A DNA stretch of 41,508 nucleotides from a virus. Its lineage: Duplodnaviria; Caudoviricetes. The stretch's first letter is position 1. Every line of letters starts with the position of its first letter. Below the pieces are notes generated by a model. That model searched no databases. It was not told the DNA's origin and worked only from the letters and a program-made list of their open reading frames with translations. This document shows, piece after piece, positions 1 to 7,482 of the stretch. Location: IMG/VR virus record IMGVR_UViG_3300020045_003383, positions 1 through 41,508 of that record; one strand, 5' to 3'. The position numbers and the translations under genes were made by a program.

Positions 1-121
1 AATGTAACTCACTTAGATAGCTGGGTAGATAAAGCAGGCTATTCAGCTTGTGCAGGCGGACTCCTTGTTAATGCTTCTAACCAAATTGTAAAAAGCGCAG
101 AAGCAGAAGTTTCTAATAAAA
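1..121. repeat. Terminal direct repeat (copy 1), most likely circular-assembly overlap
   Basis: Identical to 41388-41508; lies inside a reading frame that runs through the junction. Confidence 0.95.
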
Positions 122-222
122 CAGATGGCGACAATGCCCTACTTGCTAAGACTGAAAAGCCTTTAACTAACTTGCAAAAGCTTTTACAAAAAGCACAAGA
201 AGCTGCTTCTATTAAAGAATAG
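1..222 (+). CDS. C-terminal part of DUF6378-like protein (gene starts at 41106 and crosses the junction)
   Basis: Frame 1 reads NVTHLDSWVDKAGYSACAGG...SIKE, stop TAG 220-222; in frame with ATG 41106. Confidence 0.85.
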   Translation, partial: NVTHLDSWVDKAGYSACAGGLLVNASNQIVKSAEAEVSNKTDGDNALLAKTEKPLTNLQKLLQKAQEAASIKE

Positions 223-268
223 ATTTTATTTCGTAGCCTTTTATGAGAGGGCTACCGACTACAATCTA
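220..268 (+). promoter_or_regulatory. Long imperfect intergenic hairpin (possible RNase III processing site)
   Basis: GTAGCC(233-238)/GGCTAC(250-255) upper stem, extended by TAGATT/AATCTA lower stem; no U-tract follows. Confidence 0.4.
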
Positions 269-292
269 CCACGTTAAATAAAGAATACTATC

Positions 293-1195
293 ATGCGCAA
301 AACTATACCAATACATGCTACTAGATTATCAAATTCTACTATGTCTTTAGTCAATACTTGTGAAAGAAAGTTTCAATTAGAGAAACTTCTTTGGACAGAA
401 AAGCCTAGAGATGAAACGCACCATACTATTTATGGTCAAGCCTATGGCGTAGGCATAGCAGAATATTTTATCAATAAAGACGTTAACCAAGCCGTACTTA
501 AAACTTGGTTAGCCTATCACCCCGAATTAGAGGAAGATAAAAAGACTGTAATGAAGTGTATTAATGCTTTGCTATGCACTATTCCAGTCATTGATAATCT
601 TTTATTAGAATACGAAGTAGCTTACTTCAATGGCAAACCTGCGGCAGAGTTATCTTTTTGCTTATCTGCTAACGAAGACTACTACTATGTAGGGTATTTA
701 GACTTAGTGTTGCGGAATATTTTTACAGGTAAGTACGTTGTACTAGATGCTAAGACTACTGGCTTAGAGTTACATAACTTAGACCCGTTGTATAAAAACT
801 CTGGGCAATTAGTAGGCTACTCTATCGCATTAGATGCTATCGCGGGCGAGGAACAGACTGAGTATGAAGTTATTTATCTTGTTAACCAAACAGGTAGAGA
901 ATTTGCCCCTGTTATTCAGCCTTTAAAATACACAAAGACTTTAACTGACAGACTTAACTGGTTCATTACATTAGGCTTAGACATTGACAGAATTACACGC
1001 ATGAGAGAATTAAATGTATTCCCTATGCGAGGCGATAGTTGCCTTAAGTTTAACAAGCCTTGCTATCACTTTGCTACTTGCGGATTAAAGTCTTCTGACC
1101 GCCCTAAAGTAGATGAAGAGGATACTACAGAGTATGACTTTTATTTTGAATTGCAAGAATTAATTGATAACCACGTAGCACGAGTATATTCATAA
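293..1195 (+). CDS. PD-(D/E)XK (Cas4/RecB-like) exonuclease
   Basis: N-terminal LSNS..CERKF, catalytic E..GYLDLV..VLDAKTTG, QLVGY, C-terminal C..FNKPC..FATC cysteine cluster. Confidence 0.85.
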   Translation: MRKTIPIHATRLSNSTMSLVNTCERKFQLEKLLWTEKPRDETHHTIYGQAYGVGIAEYFINKDVNQAVLKTWLAYHPELEEDKKTVMKCINALLCTIPVIDNLLLEYEVAYFNGKPAAELSFCLSANEDYYYVGYLDLVLRNIFTGKYVVLDAKTTGLELHNLDPLYKNSGQLVGYSIALDAIAGEEQTEYEVIYLVNQTGREFAPVIQPLKYTKTLTDRLNWFITLGLDIDRITRMRELNVFPMRGDSCLKFNKPCYHFATCGLKSSDRPKVDEEDTTEYDFYFELQELIDNHVARVYS

Positions 1196-1216
1196 TTTTA
1201 TTAACAGGAGATTTAC

Positions 1217-2128
1217 ATGGCTAAAGAAATAGTTTATTACCATAACAACTGCGCAGACGGATTTGCTTCTGCTGTAGTTCATTACATTGAAAGCGGAAAA
1301 GAAGCTGAGTACATTCCGTTTGAATACAACAAAGCTTCTGTAGATGTAGCCAAAGCATTAGCATCAGATGACATTGTATTCTTAGACTGCTGCCCAGATG
1401 CAGGCACATTAGCTATTCTGTTAGCTAAGGCTAAGTCAGTAACAATCATAGACCACCATGAAACAGCCATAGCAATCTTAGACCAATTCTCTACATTTGA
1501 CTACTCTAACTTAACTAAAGTATTTTCTGATGAAGTAAGTGGTTGTAAGTTAGCGTACCAATTCTATGACCAATCAGAATTAGATTGTTCTAAAGCTGTT
1601 GAGCTAATATCAGACCGTGACACATGGCAGTTTAAAATGCACGAGTCTAAAGCTTTTCATGCGGCTATTATGATGCAAGTTAGAAGCATTGAAGTATGGG
1701 CTGATATCTTTGCAAGTCCTTACATGATACAACAACTAATTGCTCAAGGGCAATCTGTTCTACAGTTCCAAAGTGATGCAGTAGAAAATATTGCTAAGGA
1801 CAGATACATGGGTACAATAGAGGGCGTTCCAGTGTTCTTTGTTAATTGCCCATACCAATTCCGTTCTTATGTAGGGGATTTTATTGTAAAAGAATATGCA
1901 GAACTAGAAGGCAATCCCTTTGCAGTAGCCTTGTTCACAGTAATGGGGACTAAAGTATTCTATTCTTTACGTTCAGACAAACGAGTAAACTGCGCTAAGA
2001 TAGCAGAGAAGTTTGGAGGCGGGGGACACGCAGGTGCGGCAGGCTTTGAACTACCTGCTAGAGTTTCTCATCTATGGCAAGATACTGGCATGACAGAATT
2101 ATTTGTGCCGAAAGCAGATGCACTATGA
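1217..2128 (+). CDS. DHH/DHHA1 family phosphoesterase (NrnB-like)
   Basis: YHNNCADGFAS, VFLD, IIDHHETA, DRDTW, SLRS, GGGGHAGAAGF motifs; AGGAG RBS. Confidence 0.9.
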   Translation: MAKEIVYYHNNCADGFASAVVHYIESGKEAEYIPFEYNKASVDVAKALASDDIVFLDCCPDAGTLAILLAKAKSVTIIDHHETAIAILDQFSTFDYSNLTKVFSDEVSGCKLAYQFYDQSELDCSKAVELISDRDTWQFKMHESKAFHAAIMMQVRSIEVWADIFASPYMIQQLIAQGQSVLQFQSDAVENIAKDRYMGTIEGVPVFFVNCPYQFRSYVGDFIVKEYAELEGNPFAVALFTVMGTKVFYSLRSDKRVNCAKIAEKFGGGGHAGAAGFELPARVSHLWQDTGMTELFVPKADAL

Positions 2129-2949
2129 GATTAGATGCTGCGGCTAGGGCTGCCAATGTAAAGCCCGACAATCACTCAATACTTCTATACGGTCCGCCAA
2201 AGACTGGTAAGACTAGACTAGTAGGTACTGCGGCAAAGATTGAGCCGATAGAAAAAATCTACTGGATTGACTGCGAGAATGGTTCAAGTACTCTTCTCAC
2301 TATGGGCTTGTCTGATGCAGAACTTAAAAAGTTTATTGTTTACAAACTACCTGACTTGCGTGAAACTCCTCGTGCGATAGAAGGCGTTCTTAAGATGCTA
2401 ACTGGTAAAGGCGGGGTTCGTATCTGCGACGAGCATGGCATAGTAAACTGTACTACTTGTAAGCCAGGCTATGCAGGAGAAGACTTTGACTTATCTAAGT
2501 GTACTCATAATGACTTAGTAGTTATTGACTCAGGCTCTCAGCTAGGTATCTCTGCTCTTAACTTAGCCTGCTTAGGTAAACCAACTACTTATAAGCCATT
2601 GCAAGATGACTGGGGTTCAGTAGGCAAGTGGCTTACAGATATTCTTTTAGTAGTGCAACAGGCTCAGCATACAAACTTTGTTGTTATCACGCATGAGATT
2701 AGCACAGAAGGCGAAGATGGTAAAGAAAGAATTTACCCACTAATGGGGACTAAGAATTTTTCTTCAAATGTAGGTAAGTTTTTTGGCTCAATCGTGTATA
2801 CTACAGTTAAGCTAGGCGCTCACTCTGCGGCTTCTTCTTCTACGTACAAGCCAGACTTAATCACAGGCTCGCGATTGAATGTAAAATTAGAAGGCATTAA
2901 AGACCCTTCTATGAAAGACATTCTAGTAGCAGGTGGAGTTATTAAATAA
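2125..2949 (+). CDS. AAA_24/Sak4-like P-loop ATPase (single-strand annealing recombinase-like) with Cys/His insertion
   Basis: Walker A GPPKTGKT, IDCENG, VVIDSGSQL, VVITHE; CDEH..CTTC insertion; start placed at ATG 2125, which overlaps the upstream stop (ATGA). Confidence 0.8.
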   Translation: MRLDAAARAANVKPDNHSILLYGPPKTGKTRLVGTAAKIEPIEKIYWIDCENGSSTLLTMGLSDAELKKFIVYKLPDLRETPRAIEGVLKMLTGKGGVRICDEHGIVNCTTCKPGYAGEDFDLSKCTHNDLVVIDSGSQLGISALNLACLGKPTTYKPLQDDWGSVGKWLTDILLVVQQAQHTNFVVITHEISTEGEDGKERIYPLMGTKNFSSNVGKFFGSIVYTTVKLGAHSAASSSTYKPDLITGSRLNVKLEGIKDPSMKDILVAGGVIK

Positions 2950-2958
2950 CAGAATTCA

Positions 2959-3046
2959 TACTGGTTATGGGGCAGTAGGTCTTAGTAGTATCCCATTAAA
3001 TTATCTTATCATTATTATTTTATTATCATATCAAGGAAACTAAACC
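2959..3046 (+). promoter_or_regulatory. Putative H-type pseudoknot plus AU-rich leader (translational operator) upstream of SSB
   Basis: Stem1 2959-2963/2973-2977; stem2 2967-2972/2991-2996; then a G-free, A/U-rich tract up to the AAGGA RBS. Confidence 0.6.
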
Positions 3047-3538
3047 ATGGACTTTTCAATCTTAGACTTAGACACAATGTTAACAACTTCTTTAGACACA
3101 GTAGAAGACATTCCAGACTATGTTACGCCACCTACTGGTAATTACAAACTAAGCATTGCTAATGCAGAATTAGAAAAGCTAGAGGCTAAAGGCACTAAAC
3201 CAGCTTCTGCCCGCTTCCTAATTACTTACAAAGTAGAAGCAACTACAGAAGTTAAAGATGCTTTACCAGTGGCAGACGGCTCAATGTTCTCAGAGCGCTT
3301 TACTTACTCAGAAGATGGCTTGAAATACTTCAAACGTCAAGCTAAGAACTTGTTGCAAGTAGAGTCTTTAGATGGTGTAAACATTGGCGAAATTCTTGCG
3401 GCATTAAAAGAATCTCCAGTCATTGATTGCGTTGTAACAACTACTGTAACTCCTGCTAATCCAACTGCTACTCCTCCTACACCTGAGTATACTAATACTC
3501 GTGTACGTGCAATTCCAGCAGAAGCAGCTACTGCTTAG
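3047..3538 (+). CDS. Putative single-stranded DNA-binding protein (DUF669-like OB fold)
   Basis: PPTGNYKLSI..AE N-terminal pattern, beta-rich, acidic; located between Sak4-like ATPase and DNA polymerase. Confidence 0.6.
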   Translation: MDFSILDLDTMLTTSLDTVEDIPDYVTPPTGNYKLSIANAELEKLEAKGTKPASARFLITYKVEATTEVKDALPVADGSMFSERFTYSEDGLKYFKRQAKNLLQVESLDGVNIGEILAALKESPVIDCVVTTTVTPANPTATPPTPEYTNTRVRAIPAEAATA

Positions 3539-3544
3539 TTTTAC

Positions 3545-3604
3545 GTAGAGTAACACAAAGACCTTCTTTTGTAATCTAAGAGAAGGTCTTTTTATTTATT
3601 CTAC
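3545..3604 (+). terminator. Hairpin after SSB: intrinsic terminator and/or RNase III site
   Basis: AAAGACCTTCT(3557-3567)/AGAAGGTCTTT(3581-3591) followed by T-rich tail; outer stem GTAGAGTAA/TTATTCTAC. Confidence 0.65.
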
Positions 3605-3627
3605 TACATACAAACAAGGATTTAATA

Positions 3628-5913
3628 ATGAAAGTATTAGTAAACTACGAAGCTAGTGAAAAAGGGTACTTGTCAGGCTTAGCTTATGTCTTACGCAAAC
3701 TAGGCATGGAAGCAGTATCTACTCCTACAACTCATACCCCTTTAGAATTAGTACGCAAAGCAAAAGCAGTAGGCTGTCAAGCTATTGTTATATGCAATGA
3801 AAGTACGTTAAGAAACTGCGTGCCTAATCCAAAGGCTACTCTTGATAACTACAGAGGTTCTAAATTAAAATACGAAATACCACTTCTAATTGTAAACAAA
3901 CTAAATCACATTCACACAATAGACCACGGGCAATGGCTTCTTACTAATGACTTGCAGAAATTGCAAAGCATGGAAGTTGCGCCTGTGTTTAACTTCTCTA
4001 TTCTGCAAGACCAATCTCTTTATCCCCAAGTTCTATCTGAGATGCGTAAGTCTATCTTAACTGCTTACGATATTGAAACAATCACTATTCTTGAAAACGA
4101 AGAAGAACGCAGAGCAGGGCATACACTAATATCTTGTGCAAGCTGGAGTATTCTTTTACCATCAGGCGAAATCAAAACTTACGTTCTTCCAATGATAGAC
4201 TTCCATGTAGAACATTGGAAAGGTATGGGCGAGTTTGAAACCGCAGTAGAGTTCTTACGTGAAGCTAATAAAATTGAAGTGCCTATGGTTATGCACAATG
4301 GTATGTATGACTGTACTCATTCTATTGTATACCACGCAGAACCTGCTTTCTTCTGCTTAGACACAATGGCTATGAGCCACGCACAGTATGTAGAACTACC
4401 TAAGTCTTTAGACTTTGTAGCTTCTGTTCATTTACCCGACTATATACAATGGAAAGATGATGCCGCTTCTGCTACTAAAGATAAAGACATTCGCAAATAC
4501 TGGGCTTATAATGCTAAAGATACTTGGCACACGCTTAGAGTTTGTATGGCACAGCTTCGTAGTATGCCTGCCTATGCTTGTATTAATTACGCTGATAAGT
4601 TTAAGCTCGTATTCCCTGCTTTGTATTGTGCATTTGAGGGGCTAAGGATTGACAATAATAGACTAGATGAAATCAGAAGCGAACGTCAAATTATTCTTGA
4701 TAGAAACAGAGATGAGCTTAGAGTTCTATTGGCTGACCCAACTTTTAATCCTGGCTCTTGGCAACAAGTTCAGAAGTATGTATACAAAGTCTTTGGAGGA
4801 GTTCACCCTAAGATTGGCAAGAGTACTAGTGGTACAGATGAAAAGAATTTAGAAGCAGTAGGCGACCAACACCCTTTGCTTGCTCTTATCTGCCATAGAA
4901 TTATTGCATACAGAGAAGCTCAGAAAGCTATTGGTACGTACTGTAACTATTTGCAAAAGCAAGGCAGACTTCTATGGAGTCTTAATCCTTTTGGCACAGA
5001 AACAGAACGTATGGCATGTAACAGTAGTAACTTTTGGTGTGGCACTCAAGTACAGAATATTCCTTACTATGCAAAAGACGCTCTTATTGCAGACGAAGGA
5101 TTTGAGTTAGTAGAAATTGATAACAAACAGTCTGAAGGTAGATGTACGGCGTACCTCGCTCAAGAAACTAATCTCATTACGGCATTAGAATCCCCTACTC
5201 ATGACTTTTATAAAACACTAGGGACTTTGTTCTTTGAAATTCCTTATGAGCAAGTAACAGATTTTTTCCGTAACAAAGTATTAAAAAAGATTGTTCATGG
5301 AACTAACTACATGATGGGGGCTAATACCTTCAAAGAGAATATTGGATTAAAAATCCTACACGAAACAGCTTCAGTACTAGGGTATAAACTAATACCAAAA
5401 CCTTCTGCTAAAAGAAAAGAAGAAAAGACTATTCTAGGTTTTTGTAAAGAACTTCTAGATAAGTACCACGTTCCTTTCCCAAGAGTAAGAGAATGGTATC
5501 AAGAAATCTACCATGAAGTAGCTACTACTCACATGCTTAAAAGTCCTTTAGGTCATGTAAGATACTTCTTTGGGGACATTACCAAACAGCATAATATGCT
5601 ACGTAGCGCAGTTGCACATCAACCGCAAAACTTATCTGTAACTATTTTAAACAAAGGATTCTGGCGTATCTATAAAGACTTAGTAGTACAGCCTATCAAT
5701 GGATTAAAATTAGGTGACGTAAGACTTAAAGCTCAAATTCATGACTCTAATTTTGGGCAATACAGAACAGAGTTACGTGACGTAGTAGTTCCTCTTATGC
5801 TAGAAAGAATGGTTAACCCTGTAGAAATTCATGGCAGAGTATTAGACATTCCTTTAGATGCTAAAGTAGGACAAGTCTGGTCTAAATGTAAAGAATATAA
5901 AGCAAAGGAATAA
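3628..5913 (+). CDS. polA: Family A DNA polymerase with 3'-5' exonuclease and degenerate N-terminal UDG-like domain
   Basis: ExoI YDIET, ExoII HNGMYD, ExoIII YNAKD; motif A DNKQSEGR, motif B R..LKKIVHGTNY, motif C QIHDS. Confidence 0.95.
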   Translation: MKVLVNYEASEKGYLSGLAYVLRKLGMEAVSTPTTHTPLELVRKAKAVGCQAIVICNESTLRNCVPNPKATLDNYRGSKLKYEIPLLIVNKLNHIHTIDHGQWLLTNDLQKLQSMEVAPVFNFSILQDQSLYPQVLSEMRKSILTAYDIETITILENEEERRAGHTLISCASWSILLPSGEIKTYVLPMIDFHVEHWKGMGEFETAVEFLREANKIEVPMVMHNGMYDCTHSIVYHAEPAFFCLDTMAMSHAQYVELPKSLDFVASVHLPDYIQWKDDAASATKDKDIRKYWAYNAKDTWHTLRVCMAQLRSMPAYACINYADKFKLVFPALYCAFEGLRIDNNRLDEIRSERQIILDRNRDELRVLLADPTFNPGSWQQVQKYVYKVFGGVHPKIGKSTSGTDEKNLEAVGDQHPLLALICHRIIAYREAQKAIGTYCNYLQKQGRLLWSLNPFGTETERMACNSSNFWCGTQVQNIPYYAKDALIADEGFELVEIDNKQSEGRCTAYLAQETNLITALESPTHDFYKTLGTLFFEIPYEQVTDFFRNKVLKKIVHGTNYMMGANTFKENIGLKILHETASVLGYKLIPKPSAKRKEEKTILGFCKELLDKYHVPFPRVREWYQEIYHEVATTHMLKSPLGHVRYFFGDITKQHNMLRSAVAHQPQNLSVTILNKGFWRIYKDLVVQPINGLKLGDVRLKAQIHDSNFGQYRTELRDVVVPLMLERMVNPVEIHGRVLDIPLDAKVGQVWSKCKEYKAKE

Positions 5914-5915
5914 TC

Positions 5916-7145
5916 ATGCAGGACTTTTTTAAGTCTTACTTTGACTATGCTTTAGTAGGTAAAAGCGAACCACCTGCAATGTTTCACAGGTGGACTGCGG
6001 TTAGCATGATAGCCGCATTGCTTGGTAGAAATTGCCACTTACCTTTTGGGCATAGCAAAGTATATCCTAATCAGTATATTATGCTAATGGGAAGTCCAGG
6101 CACTAGGAAGTCTAGTGCTCTTAACATTGGGGTAAACTTGCTTAAGAAGTCTGGATACAACAGATTCTCTAGTGACTCTACTTCTAAGCAGCGTATGCTA
6201 ATGGATATGAAACAAACAGATGAATTGACTTCTCAGATGGATTTGGAAGTCTTAACTTTAAACGAGCCTTCTGAGATATACGTAGCAATCGGAGAGTTTA
6301 CAGACTTTATTGGCATGAATAATATGGACTTTGTAACTATGCTTACAAACTTATATGACTGCCCAGCAAAGTATACTAACCCAAAGATTACTTCAACAAG
6401 CGTAGAAGTTGAAAAGCCAGTAGTCAATATCTTAGGCGGAAATACTTCACAAGGCTTCTCTTTAGCCTTCCCGCCCGAAGCTTTAGGCAATGGCTTTCTT
6501 TCTAGGCTAATTCTAGTACATGGAGAAACATCAGGGAGAAAAGTAACCTTCCCACCCGAGCCTGACCTTTTGTTAGAAGCCTCTTTAATAGAAAGAATAA
6601 AAGAGATTAAAACTAAAGTCACAGGCGTTATTACTATGACCGATGAAGCTAGACAAGTTTGCGATATAATATATAATTCTGATATTGTAATTGACGACTC
6701 TCGTTTTAGGCACTACCAGCAACGCAGGTTCGCGCATTTACTCAAGCTAAGTATTGCTATTGCCGCCAGTGATATACGCACAGAAATCGCCACAAGTGAT
6801 ATTCTCAAGGCTAATACACTCTTATACAATACAGAAAAGAAAATGCCTAAAGCACTGGGGGAGTTTGGTAAAAGCAAGCACAGTGACACAAACAATGCCA
6901 TTATGGAGATTTTAAACGAAGCTAAAAAGCCTTTGAATACTCAGGATTTATTTAAGAAAGTTTCGCAGGATATATCCAAGCCCTCGGAACTAGCAGAAGT
7001 TTTAAAGAACTTAGAAAGTGCTGATAAGATTGAGCTTATAAACCTAAAAGGTAAAACAGGCTATGTTACTAAAGCACGAAAATCTAGGGAATGGGAAGAT
7101 TATTTGTTAATGCCAGAATGGTTAACTACGGAAGAATTAAACTAA
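5916..7145 (+). CDS. DUF3987-like AAA+ (MCM/SF6-related) ATPase, probable replicative helicase, with C-terminal winged helix
   Basis: SEPPAMFHRW, variant Walker A GSPGTRKSS, NILGG, GNGFLSRLILV, C-terminal wHTH-like segment; adjacent to polA. Confidence 0.65.
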   Translation: MQDFFKSYFDYALVGKSEPPAMFHRWTAVSMIAALLGRNCHLPFGHSKVYPNQYIMLMGSPGTRKSSALNIGVNLLKKSGYNRFSSDSTSKQRMLMDMKQTDELTSQMDLEVLTLNEPSEIYVAIGEFTDFIGMNNMDFVTMLTNLYDCPAKYTNPKITSTSVEVEKPVVNILGGNTSQGFSLAFPPEALGNGFLSRLILVHGETSGRKVTFPPEPDLLLEASLIERIKEIKTKVTGVITMTDEARQVCDIIYNSDIVIDDSRFRHYQQRRFAHLLKLSIAIAASDIRTEIATSDILKANTLLYNTEKKMPKALGEFGKSKHSDTNNAIMEILNEAKKPLNTQDLFKKVSQDISKPSELAEVLKNLESADKIELINLKGKTGYVTKARKSREWEDYLLMPEWLTTEELN

Positions 7146-7154
7146 GGAAGAATT

Positions 7155-7442
7155 ATGAAACCTATTAAACCCACGGAAGGCTACCAGCGCTCTAGCCACC
7201 CCGACTTTGCAGACACAGCAGAATTAGTTAAAATGCAATTCTCAGGACAGCGAGTAAATTCTATCTCAGGCTACTATGAGATTTGGATTAAAGGCAAGAT
7301 TAGAAAAGAATTATCTGCGGCTCAGATAGAAGCCAATCCAATGGCAGTCACTGAAGCAATCGCAGAAGTCTTTGCACTAGACCATGTAGCGCCTGATACA
7401 GCTGAAGCACGAAACTTCTATTCCAATCAATCAAAACATTAA
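7155..7442 (+). CDS. Hypothetical protein
   Basis: AAGGAAG RBS; last gene of the + arm. Confidence 0.75.
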   Translation: MKPIKPTEGYQRSSHPDFADTAELVKMQFSGQRVNSISGYYEIWIKGKIRKELSAAQIEANPMAVTEAIAEVFALDHVAPDTAEARNFYSNQSKH

Positions 7443-7447
7443 GACGT

Positions 7448-7482
7448 AAAAAAAGCCTAGCAATTAGCTAGGCTTTTTTTTT
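7448..7482. terminator. Bidirectional rho-independent terminator between the convergent arms
   Basis: A7-GCCTAGC-AATTA-GCTAGGC-T9. Confidence 0.95.

Noticed and set aside
293-1195. CRISPR-associated Cas4
   Set aside because: No cas genes or array; the context is a phage recombination module.
2074-2124. ORF-track start at 2074 for the ATPase
   Set aside because: Would overlap the DHH gene by 55 nt; ATG 2125 gives a standard ATGA coupling.
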